Positions 50,351-58,614 of a DNA stretch of 64,000 bases are shown piece after piece (the stretch's first letter is position 1; each line of letters starts with the position of its first letter). The DNA is taken from positions 4,942,158 through 5,006,157 of the forward strand of contig OZ245817.1 in assembly GCA_965228475.1 (NCBI GenBank). The letters run 5' to 3'. A program made the translations under genes and the position numbers. A model generated the notes under the pieces. It ran no database searches and had not been told where the DNA came from. It saw only the letters and a list, made by a program, of their open reading frames with translations. The DNA comes from Myxococcota bacterium. GTDB lineage: Bacteria > Myxococcota_A > UBA9160 > JAFDDA01.

Positions 50351-51753
50351 CGCCCGGCGCGCACGGCTTCGGCGCGCAACGGGCTCGCGCCGAAGCCCGG
50401 CCAGATGCGCGCGAAGCCGACGCCCGCGCGGATCACGATCCACGCCACGATCACCGCGTTCAGCCGGAGGATCAGGCCCTCGGCCCCGGTGTCGAGGGCG
50501 AGCAACGCGGCGCCGCACGTGAGACTCGCGAGCAGCATGCCGTTTCGCATGTAGCGGTAGTCGCCGGCGCCCCAGAGCACGCCGTCGGTGACGAAGGCGA
50601 GCGCGTTCAAGGGCTGGGCCACGGCAGCGATCCACCAGGCCGATGCGAACAGCGCGTGGGCGCTCGCCGGGACGAGGGCCTGCGCGATCGGCTCCTGGCC
50701 GAGCCAGAGCAAGCCGGCGAGGACGACGCCCGAGGCCGCCCCCCAGGCGCAGGTGATCGCCGCTGCGCGTCGCGCGGCGGCGAGCCGCCCCGCCCCGAGG
50801 AAGAAGCCGACGAGGCTCTGGGCGGCGATCGCGTAGGCGTCGAGCAGGAACGCGACGAAGGTCCAGACGGTGCGGATCGCGTGGTGGGCCGCGCCCGTGT
50901 CCGCCCCGGCCTGGGTCGCCGCGCGCGTGCCGAGCGTCAAGAAGGCGAGCAGGAGCCCGGTCCGCAGGAAGAGATCGCGCCCGACGACGAACAGTCCGAG
51001 CATGTCGCGCGGGCGGACGCGCTCGGGCAGGCCGAGCCGAGCGCGCGCGGCCGCCGCCGCCCACGCGGCGCCCACCCACTGGGCCGCCGTGCTCGCCCAG
51101 GCCGCGCCGGCGATGCCGAGGGCCGGGATCGGGCCGGCGCCGAAGATCAACAGCGCGTCGAGGGCGACGTTCAGCAGGTTGATCGCGATCGCCACGCGCA
51201 GGGGCGTTCGCATGTCCTGGAGCCCACGCAACGCACCGAAGCCGGCCATCATGACGAGCGTCGCCGGCGCGCCGAGCAGGCGGATCCGCAGGTAGACGCT
51301 CGCGTCCTCGACCATTCCGCCGGTGGCGCCCATCAGGCGGGACGCCTCGGACGCGAGGGGCCAGCCGAGGGCGGCCAGCGCGAGGCCCAGCAGGAACGCC
51401 AGGGCGAGGGCGGAGCCGAAGGCGTCGCGGGCGGCTTCCCGGTTGCCGCGGCCGTCCGCTGTGGCGACCTCGGTCTGGGTGCCGATGCCGAGGAAGTTGA
51501 ACACCCAGAGGGTGGCCGAGATCAGGGTCGTCGCGAGCCCGAGCGCGGCGAGGGGAGCCGCGCCGAGCGACTTCACGAAGGCGGTGTCGACGAGCCCGGT
51601 CAGGGGCTCCGCGACCAGCGAAACCAGGACCGGGAGCGTGAGCGCGAAGACGGTGCGATGCGGGCGGTCTTCGAAGGCGTGCCGCGGGCGTGGCGCCGAG
51701 GCTTCAGCCTCTGACGCCGAGGCTTCAGCCTCCGAAGGTGTCGAAGATTGCAT
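50347..51753 (-). CDS. MATE family efflux transporter (DinF-like)
   Basis: AEPLTGLVDTAFV, GALRGLQDMRTPL, GIAGAAWAS, DGVLWGAGD. Confidence 0.92.
   Translation of the reverse strand: MQSSTPSEAEASASEAEASAPRPRHAFEDRPHRTVFALTLPVLVSLVAEPLTGLVDTAFVKSLGAAPLAALGLATTLISATLWVFNFLGIGTQTEVATADGRGNREAARDAFGSALALAFLLGLALAALGWPLASEASRLMGATGGMVEDASVYLRIRLLGAPATLVMMAGFGALRGLQDMRTPLRVAIAINLLNVALDALLIFGAGPIPALGIAGAAWASTAAQWVGAAWAAAAARARLGLPERVRPRDMLGLFVVGRDLFLRTGLLLAFLTLGTRAATQAGADTGAAHHAIRTVWTFVAFLLDAYAIAAQSLVGFFLGAGRLAAARRAAAITCAWGAASGVVLAGLLWLGQEPIAQALVPASAHALFASAWWIAAVAQPLNALAFVTDGVLWGAGDYRYMRNGMLLASLTCGAALLALDTGAEGLILRLNAVIVAWIVIRAGVGFARIWPGFGASPLRAEAVRAGR
51694..51732. repeat. Tandem direct repeat (18-bp core, 21-bp period)
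   Basis: CGCCGAGGCTTCAGCCTC at 51694-51711 and 51715-51732; encodes SEAEASA twice in the MATE N-terminus. Confidence 0.9.
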
Positions 51754-52732
51754 CCATGTTCTCGTCGCGCCGGGCGGGCGAGACCCCGACGCTCGGCGGG
51801 TAGAGCAGCGGGCGCTCGGTCAGGCCTTCCCAGAGCGCGAGGCGGTCGCGCGCTTCGTCGGGCGTGCAGGCGATGGCGATCTCGTCGACCAGCGCGTCGG
51901 GGATCGCTTCGGCCATGGCCTTCGTGTCGAAGGAGCGAAGCGCGGCGCTGCACGCGGCGCCGACGTCCTCGAGCCCGTGGTGGGCGAGGATCGAGTGGTA
52001 GAGCTTGGTCGTGAAGTAGAAGCCGATCTGGCCCTTGGCGTCGCGCACGGCGGTCTCCCGGTCCGGAGCCAGGGAGGTCAGCACGTAGGGGGCGAGAACG
52101 CAGGCGCCGCTCGTGCGGCCAGCCTTTTCTTCGGCGGCGCGCAGGCCGGGGAGCGTCACGTCGGCGTGCCAGCGCCGCGTCGCGATCGGGTGGCCCACGA
52201 GTCCGTCGCCGACGGCACCCGCCGCCCCGATCATGCCGCGGTTCACCGCGGCGACCCAGATCGGGATCGATTCGCGCGCGGCGTCCGGGCGGGCGTAGAT
52301 CGGAACGTTCAGGTCCCAGTGCTTGCCTTCCCAGCGAAAGCCCACGCCGCCCTGGGCGGCGATCGCCGCCCGGACGAGCTCCACGAGCTCCTTCATGCGC
52401 GGCGCCGGCGCCGAGAACGGCATCGCGAACCAGTCTTCGTTCATGCGCCGGGTGGCGCTCCCGAGGCCGAGGATCATGCGGCCGCCCGAGAGTTCGTCGA
52501 GGTCCATGGCGGCGCTCGCGTGCAGGAGCGGCGAGCGCGTGAAGGCGTTCGCGATGCCCGTCCCGATCTCGACCCGTTCGGTCGCCTGGGCGATCGCGCC
52601 GAGCGGGGCGAAGCCGTGCCGGTTGAAGAACTCGATCGTGAAGACGGAGTGGAACCCGGCGCTCTCCGCCCGCAGGGCCTGCTCGACGTCCTTGCGCGCG
52701 TTTCCGCCCGTCAGAATGAGACCGATCTTCAT
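51725..52732 (-). CDS. LLM-class (luciferase-like, possibly F420-dependent) oxidoreductase
   Basis: TERVEIGTGIANAFTRSP, DELSGGRMILGLG, IPIWVAA, GDGLVGHP. Confidence 0.88.
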   Translation of the reverse strand: MKIGLILTGGNARKDVEQALRAESAGFHSVFTIEFFNRHGFAPLGAIAQATERVEIGTGIANAFTRSPLLHASAAMDLDELSGGRMILGLGSATRRMNEDWFAMPFSAPAPRMKELVELVRAAIAAQGGVGFRWEGKHWDLNVPIYARPDAARESIPIWVAAVNRGMIGAAGAVGDGLVGHPIATRRWHADVTLPGLRAAEEKAGRTSGACVLAPYVLTSLAPDRETAVRDAKGQIGFYFTTKLYHSILAHHGLEDVGAACSAALRSFDTKAMAEAIPDALVDEIAIACTPDEARDRLALWEGLTERPLLYPPSVGVSPARRDENMDAIFDTFGG

Positions 52733-52843
52733 GATGCTCCCCGAGACTCCGCGAGTTGCGCAGGAGTTGCGCACGCCATGCTACCTGCAGTTCCCCTCGC
52801 TGGGGGGATTCGTCCAGTTCCCGGACCAAGCGCCCGGTGAGCC

Positions 52844-52870
52844 TCAAGGCACCGTTCCCATCGCCGATTG
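52844..52870 (+). promoter_or_regulatory. Putative sigma28 (FliA)-type promoter
   Basis: TCAA-N15-GCCGATTG, ending 7 nt before the GGDEF/EAL ATG. Confidence 0.5.
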
Positions 52871-52877
52871 AGGACCG

Positions 52878-55004
52878 ATGGAAGAACCCCGTTCCGCGGG
52901 CGAGGAGCCCAAGCGCGATCGCGTCCTGATCGCAGGCCGCGACGAGAGCGAGCGCCTTCTCGCGCGGGCTGCCGTCGAGCAGGCGGGCCTCGAGGTCGTC
53001 GAAACGCGAGACGGCAACGAAGCCCTGCTCGCCTTCGCGAGCAGCCAGCCCGCGCTCGTCGTGCTCGACCTCTCGAACGGCGAGGAAGAGCTCCGGACCT
53101 GCGAGGAGCTCCGTCGCCGGCGGGCCAGCCGCCACGTCCCCGTCCTGGTGCTCGCCGAAAGCGGCGACGCGGACGCCGTCGCCCGGGCCTTCGACGCCGG
53201 TGCGACCGACTTCCTGACTCGGCCCATCCACTGGGGGCTCTTCGCCCACCGGGTCCGTTTCCTCGTGCGCTCGGCACGCGCCAACGAGAACCTCCGGCGC
53301 AACCAGGATCAGCTCACGACCGCCCAGCGCCTGGCCCGCATCGGCTCCTGGGAGTGGGACATCCCCTCGGGCCAGCTCCACTGGTCGAGCGAAGTCCAGC
53401 AGCTCCTGGGCGTCCGCTCGGAGCCCGTCGTGAAGCTCGAGACCCTGCTCGATCTCTCGCATCCCGAGGATCGCCCGGGGATCCGCGAGTGGTTCGCCCA
53501 CGCGGCCGAGGGCGAGTTCTCGAACGAGCTCGAGTACCGCTGCCTGCGCAGCGATGGCACGGAGGTCGTCGTCCACCAGCAGGCCGAGGCGCTCTTCGAC
53601 GATTCCGGCGAGCTCACCGGCGTCGCCGGCTTCCTGCAGGACGTCTCCGACCGGAAGAAGAGCGAGGAGCGGATCAAGCAGCTCGCCTACTACGACGTGC
53701 TCACCGGGCTGCCGAACCGCCGCTTCTTCAAGGAGAGCCTCGAGCGCGCTCTCGGCCACGCACGCCACAGCAAGAAGCCGATCGCGCTGCTCTTCCTCGA
53801 CCTCGACCGCTTCAAGATGATCAACGACACCCTCGGCCACGAAGCCGGGGATGCGCTGCTGAAGGAGGCCGGGAACCGCCTCTACACCTGCGTGCGTAGC
53901 TCCGACTACGTGGCGAGCGCCCGCGTCAGCAAGATCCAGAGCGACCTCTCGCGCCTCGGCGGAGACGAGTTCACCCTGATCCTGCGCGATCTCGAAGACA
54001 CCCAGGACGCCGGCCGCGTGGCCGCACGCATCCTCGAACGCTTCGCCCAGCCCTTCGACATCGGCGGCCGCGAGGTCTTCACCTCGACGTCGGTCGGCAT
54101 CGCGGTCCATCCCGTCGATGGCGACGACGTCGACACGCTCCTGCGAAACGCCGACGCCGCCATGTACCACGCGAAGGACCGCGGCCGGAACAACTTCCAG
54201 TACTACACGAACGCGATGAACGTGCGCGCCTCGCGGCGCCTCGACATCGAGAACAACCTGCGCCGCGCCGTCCAGCGCGGCGAACTCTCCGTCGTGTACC
54301 AGCCGAAGCGGGACATCCAATCCGGACAGATCCATTCGCTCGAAGCGCTCGTGCGCTGGGACAATGCGGAGCTCGGGAAGGTCCGCCCCGCCGAGTTCAT
54401 CCAGGTGGCCGAGGAGTCCGGGCTGATCGTCTCGATCGGCGAGTGGATCCTCCGCACCGCCTGCACCCAACAGCGGCAGTGGATCGAGGCGGGCTACGAC
54501 CCGATCGTGATGTCCGTGAATCTCTCGAGCTACCAGATCCGCGCCCAGCGCTTCGCGGAGCTGCTCGCGGGCGTGATGCAGGAGAGCGGCGCGGACCCGC
54601 GCCACATCGAACTCGAGATCACCGAGAGCGCGCTCATGCGCTACGAGGACCTCTCGATCCAGACCCTCGGCCAGATCAAGCAGATCGGCGTCCGGCTCGC
54701 CCTCGACGACTTCGGGACGGGCTACTCCTCGCTCTCCTACCTGAAGCGCTTCCCGATCGATTCCCTGAAGATCGATCGCGCCTTCGTGGGCGATCTGAAC
54801 TCCGACCCGGACGACGCGGCCATCACCAAGGCGATCGTCGCGATGGGCAAGAGCCTCGGCCTCTACGTCGTGGCCGAGGGCGTCGAGACCGCCGAGCAGG
54901 AGTCCTTCCTGCGCGGGATCGGCTGCGACGCCATGCAGGGCTTCCGCATCGGGGCTCCGGCCACCGCCGAGGACGCCGTGCAGTACCTGCGCCGGCGCAG
55001 CTAG
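52878..55004 (+). CDS. REC-PAS-GGDEF-EAL c-di-GMP cyclase/phosphodiesterase
   Basis: Degenerate REC domain; IGSWEWD PAS; DLDRFK.IND, RLGGDEF; EALVRW, DDFGTGYSS, AEGVE. Confidence 0.95.
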   Translation: MEEPRSAGEEPKRDRVLIAGRDESERLLARAAVEQAGLEVVETRDGNEALLAFASSQPALVVLDLSNGEEELRTCEELRRRRASRHVPVLVLAESGDADAVARAFDAGATDFLTRPIHWGLFAHRVRFLVRSARANENLRRNQDQLTTAQRLARIGSWEWDIPSGQLHWSSEVQQLLGVRSEPVVKLETLLDLSHPEDRPGIREWFAHAAEGEFSNELEYRCLRSDGTEVVVHQQAEALFDDSGELTGVAGFLQDVSDRKKSEERIKQLAYYDVLTGLPNRRFFKESLERALGHARHSKKPIALLFLDLDRFKMINDTLGHEAGDALLKEAGNRLYTCVRSSDYVASARVSKIQSDLSRLGGDEFTLILRDLEDTQDAGRVAARILERFAQPFDIGGREVFTSTSVGIAVHPVDGDDVDTLLRNADAAMYHAKDRGRNNFQYYTNAMNVRASRRLDIENNLRRAVQRGELSVVYQPKRDIQSGQIHSLEALVRWDNAELGKVRPAEFIQVAEESGLIVSIGEWILRTACTQQRQWIEAGYDPIVMSVNLSSYQIRAQRFAELLAGVMQESGADPRHIELEITESALMRYEDLSIQTLGQIKQIGVRLALDDFGTGYSSLSYLKRFPIDSLKIDRAFVGDLNSDPDDAAITKAIVAMGKSLGLYVVAEGVETAEQESFLRGIGCDAMQGFRIGAPATAEDAVQYLRRRS

Positions 55005-55167
55005 CCCAAAAGCACGCCCCAGGCCGTCCCCCGAGATTCGAACGGGGTCTCTCGCAACCGGGCCTCCCCGGGGAGCACTCAGCGGAAGAGGAGAGAACGT
55101 CACTCCGCGTGACCGGATTCGTCACGGGATGGTGTTTCTCTTCCAGGGAGCGCCCGAGGAGATCGTC

Positions 55168-55353
55168 ATGACCCCTGCCACCCGAACCCTGACCCGCTGC
55201 CTGGTCTGCGGCTTCACCGAGATCCGGACGGACGAGGTGATCGACCGCGGCGTGGTGCTGCTGTCCGAGTGCCCGCGCTGCGATCACGTCTGGACGAGCC
55301 GTCGCTCGACGCCGGCCCGCTTCCGGGGCGAGAGCGCGGCCGACGCCGCCTAG
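55168..55353 (+). CDS. Small zinc-ribbon protein (CxxC-x20-CxxC)
   Basis: RCLVCG...ECPRCDHVW; GAGGAG RBS at 55156-55161. Confidence 0.7.
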   Translation: MTPATRTLTRCLVCGFTEIRTDEVIDRGVVLLSECPRCDHVWTSRRSTPARFRGESAADAA

Positions 55354-55420
55354 CCGGGCGAGCGCGCGGCTTCGCCCGCGCTTCGTAGCCCGGCTTCCGG
55401 CAGGCGACTAAGCTTGCCGG

Positions 55421-56608
55421 GTGCGAACCGTCCTCTACACCGGAAAGGGTGGCGTCGGAAAGACGACCACCGCCGCCGCCACGGCGGTCTGCGCTGCCGT
55501 GCGCGGCGTCCCGACGCTCGTCGTCTCCGCCGACGCGGCCCACAGCCTGGGCGACGTCCTGGGCGAACCGATCGACGACGAAGCGGCGCGAATGGCGCCG
55601 GTCCGCATCGCCGAGGGGCTCCATGCCCTCGAGGTCGATGCCCGCGTGGCGATGGAGCGCCACTGGGGCCGCGTTCGCGACTACCTGATCTCCCTCTTTC
55701 GCTACCAGGGCATCGAAGAGGTGGTGGCCGAAGAGCTCGCCCTCCTGCCCGGCGCCGAGGAGCTCGCCACCCTGCTCGCCGTCGAAGACCTCGCCGCGAG
55801 CGGCCGCTTCGAGTTCGTCGTCGTCGACTGCGCGCCGACGGGCTCGACCCTCCGCCTGCTGACGCTACCCGAGGTCGCGGACGGAACCCTGCGCTGGCTG
55901 CTCCGCTTCCAGCAGGCGCTCTCCTCCGTGGTCACCCCGCTCGCGCGCAACCTGGTCCCCGCGCCGCTTCCCGGCGCCGAGGTCTTCCGCGACGCCGACG
56001 ATCTGCTCTATCGCAAGCTCGAAGCCCTGCGCGCCCGCATCACCGGCCGGGAGACGAGCGTCCGCCTCGTGCTGACCCCCGAGCGAATGGTGATCGACGA
56101 GGCCCGCCGGGCCCACACGGACCTCGCGCTGTTCGACGTCGCCTGCGACGCGGTGGTGATGAACCGGCTCCTCCCGGAAGAGGCGTGCGCCGAGGACTTC
56201 TTCCGCGACTGGGGCGCGCTCCAGGAAGAGCGCTACCGCGAGGTCGAGGCGAACTTCGCGCCGCTGCCGGTGCTGCGCGCGCCGCTCCAGGACGACGAGG
56301 TGGTCGGGCTCGAACGGTTGCGGGCCCAGGGCGAGGCGCTCTTCGGCGAGCGCGCGCCCGAGGCCCGGCTCTCCCGCTTCGCGCGGCCGCGCTACACGCG
56401 GGTCGCGGACGGCTACCGCCTGTCCTTTCCGCTGCCCGGCGCCACGGCCAGCCAGCTCGACGTCGCGAAGCTCGACGACGAGCTGCTGGTCACCACCGGG
56501 CGCCGCCGCCGCGCCATCGCCCTTCCGCGCCGCGTCGCCGGGCTCGACCTCGTGGCCGCGAGGCTCGACCGCGGGCGCCTGCTCGTTCAGTTCGAACCAT
56601 GCGCGTAA
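55421..56608 (+). CDS. ArsA/GET3-family ATPase with C-terminal HSP20-like domain (Get3d-like), copy 1
   Basis: TGKGGVGKTT, SADAAHSL, DCAPTG, PERMV..E..R; C-terminal LDVAK..DELLV..GRRRR.I.LP. Confidence 0.9.
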   Translation: MRTVLYTGKGGVGKTTTAAATAVCAAVRGVPTLVVSADAAHSLGDVLGEPIDDEAARMAPVRIAEGLHALEVDARVAMERHWGRVRDYLISLFRYQGIEEVVAEELALLPGAEELATLLAVEDLAASGRFEFVVVDCAPTGSTLRLLTLPEVADGTLRWLLRFQQALSSVVTPLARNLVPAPLPGAEVFRDADDLLYRKLEALRARITGRETSVRLVLTPERMVIDEARRAHTDLALFDVACDAVVMNRLLPEEACAEDFFRDWGALQEERYREVEANFAPLPVLRAPLQDDEVVGLERLRAQGEALFGERAPEARLSRFARPRYTRVADGYRLSFPLPGATASQLDVAKLDDELLVTTGRRRRAIALPRRVAGLDLVAARLDRGRLLVQFEPCA

Positions 56609-57756
56609 TCCTGCTCACGGGAAAGGGCGGCGTCGGCAAGACGTCGACCGCCCTCGCCACGGCGCTCGGCTGCGCGCGTGCCGGGCACCGCACGCTCGTG
56701 CTCTCGACCGACCCGGCCCACAGCCTCGGCGACGGCCTCGCGCGGCCGGTCGGCGCCGTACCGGTGGAGGTCGCCCCGAACCTGAAGGCCCAGGAGATCG
56801 GTGTACTCGCCGAACTCGATCGCGCCTGGTCCGACATCCAGGCCTGGCTGCGCGCGCTCCTGCGCGAAGGCACCGACGACCTCGTCGCCGACGAGCTCCT
56901 GGTCTTCCCGGGAATGGAGGAGCTCGTCTCCCTGCGCGCGGTGCGCGAGGTCGAAGCGACCGGCGCCTACGACGTCTGCGTCGTCGACTGCGCGCCGACC
57001 GGCGCGACCCTCCGCATGCTCCGCTTTCCCGACGCCCTGCGCATCTTCATGGAGAACTTCTTCGATCTCGAGCGCCGCGGCGCACGGCTCCTCCGGCCGA
57101 TCATGGACCGCGTCTCCGCCGGCAAGCTGATCCCGAAGGAAGAGTTCTTCGAAGCCTTCGAGCGGCTCTACCGCGAGGTGGAGGACGTCCGCCAGATCCT
57201 GATGGACGGGGACCGCACGACGGCCCGCCTCGTCGTGAACCCGGCCCGCGTCGTGGTCGAAGAAGCGCGCCGCTCCTTCGCCTACCTCTCCCTGTACGGC
57301 GTCGCGACGGACGCGGTCGTCGTGAACCGGGAGCTTCCGGCGGGCGCGCGCGGCGGCTGGTTCGAGCGCTGGGCCGAGCGCGAGCGCCGGGAGCAGCAGG
57401 AGATCGCGGCCTCCTTCCCGATCCCGATCCTCCACGCGCCGCTCCACCCGACGGAGCTGCGCGGCACGGAGGCCCTCGCCACGTTCGGTGAGCAGATCTA
57501 CGGCGCTGAGGATCCGGCCCGGCTCTTTACCCGCGAGCGCCCGGTGCGGCTCGTGAAGCGCGGCGGCGGCACCGTCCTCGAGATCGACCTGCCCGGCGCT
57601 TCGAAGGAAGACATCGACCTGCGCACCCGGGGGAGCGAGCTGTGGATCCGCTTCCGGGATGCCGAGCGGCTCGTCGCCCTGCCGGGCTCCGTCGCCGGGC
57701 GCGCCATCGCCGGGACCCGCTTCGACGCGGGCGTCCTGCACGTCCGTTTCGCTTGA
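56599..57756 (+). CDS. ArsA/GET3-family ATPase with C-terminal HSP20-like domain (Get3d-like), copy 2
   Basis: TGKGGVGKTS, STDPAHSL, DCAPTG, YLSLYG..TD; C-terminal beta-sandwich ending LHVRFA. Confidence 0.9.
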   Translation: MRVILLTGKGGVGKTSTALATALGCARAGHRTLVLSTDPAHSLGDGLARPVGAVPVEVAPNLKAQEIGVLAELDRAWSDIQAWLRALLREGTDDLVADELLVFPGMEELVSLRAVREVEATGAYDVCVVDCAPTGATLRMLRFPDALRIFMENFFDLERRGARLLRPIMDRVSAGKLIPKEEFFEAFERLYREVEDVRQILMDGDRTTARLVVNPARVVVEEARRSFAYLSLYGVATDAVVVNRELPAGARGGWFERWAERERREQQEIAASFPIPILHAPLHPTELRGTEALATFGEQIYGAEDPARLFTRERPVRLVKRGGGTVLEIDLPGASKEDIDLRTRGSELWIRFRDAERLVALPGSVAGRAIAGTRFDAGVLHVRFA

Positions 57757-58556
57757 CGGATTCCACCGCGCACCCGGGAGCGCGGCAGCCCCGCCGGATC
57801 GTCTCGCTCGTCCCGAGCGTGACCGAGGCGCTCTTCGCGCTCGGCCTCGGCGGGCGCGTGGTCGGCGCCACCGACTACTGCGTTCACCCCGAGCAGGAGC
57901 TCGCGGGCGTGCCGCGCGTCGGCGGGACCAAGGACACCGACGTCGACGCCGTCGTGCGCCTCGCGCCGGACCTCGTGCTCGCCAACCGGGAAGAGAACAC
58001 GGAGCGGACGGTCCGCGCGCTCGAAGCAGCGGGGCTCGAGGTCCAGGTCGACTACCCGCGCACGGTCGCCGAGGGCGTCGCGCTGCTCGAAACGCTCCAC
58101 GGGCTCGGCGCCGACGCGGAGGCCTTCCGCCGGGTGGTCGAGCCGGCGCGAGCCGCCCTCGCCCGGGCCGAAGTGGCGCTCGGTACGAAACCCCCGGTGC
58201 GCGTCTTCTGCCCGATCTGGCGCGACCCCTGGATGGGCGTGTCCGGCGACACCTACATCCACGACCTCCTGGTCCTGTGCGGCGCCACGAACCCCTGGGA
58301 AGGCGCGCAACGGCGCTACCCGATCCTGCGCCGGCCCGAAGTGGAGCTGGCTGGCCCGGAGGTGGTGCTCCTGCCGGACGAGCCCTACGCATTTTCCGAG
58401 CGCGACCGCCAGGAACTTCTCACCTGGCGCATGCCCGCGGCGCGTGAAGGGCGCGTTCATTTGATCGACGGCACCTGGGTTTCTTGGTACGGTCCTCGCA
58501 TCCCCCACGCCATCGAAGCGATTCGGTCCCTGTTGTACGAGGAAGGGACCGGGTAG
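57753..58556 (+). CDS. BtuF-like helical-backbone metal/cobalamin-binding protein without signal peptide
   Basis: RIVSLVPSVTEAL, TDYCVHP, VGGTK, PDLVLANREEN, EPYAF, WYGPR. Confidence 0.85.
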   Translation: MTDSTAHPGARQPRRIVSLVPSVTEALFALGLGGRVVGATDYCVHPEQELAGVPRVGGTKDTDVDAVVRLAPDLVLANREENTERTVRALEAAGLEVQVDYPRTVAEGVALLETLHGLGADAEAFRRVVEPARAALARAEVALGTKPPVRVFCPIWRDPWMGVSGDTYIHDLLVLCGATNPWEGAQRRYPILRRPEVELAGPEVVLLPDEPYAFSERDRQELLTWRMPAAREGRVHLIDGTWVSWYGPRIPHAIEAIRSLLYEEGTG

Positions 58557-58614
58557 CGCGTCCGGCCTCGCGTTCTCGAACCGCGCGTCGCCAGGCGCGA
58601 TCACAGGGGGAGCC

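Noticed and set aside
55026..55050. GTTCGAATC T-loop-like sequence on the minus strand suggesting a tRNA or att site
   Set aside because: No proper T-stem, acceptor stem or cloverleaf, and no integrase nearby
51600..55103. 1167-aa minus-strand ORF and other long antisense or alternative-frame ORFs (e.g. 60850-63903, 19933-22023, 10078-12696, 36915-39239)
   Set aside because: Shadow ORFs of genuine genes in high-GC DNA; no motifs, and the opposite strand carries clear families
55421..57756. Arsenic-resistance ArsA annotation
   Set aside because: Single-domain proteins with HSP20-like tails and no ars operon genes
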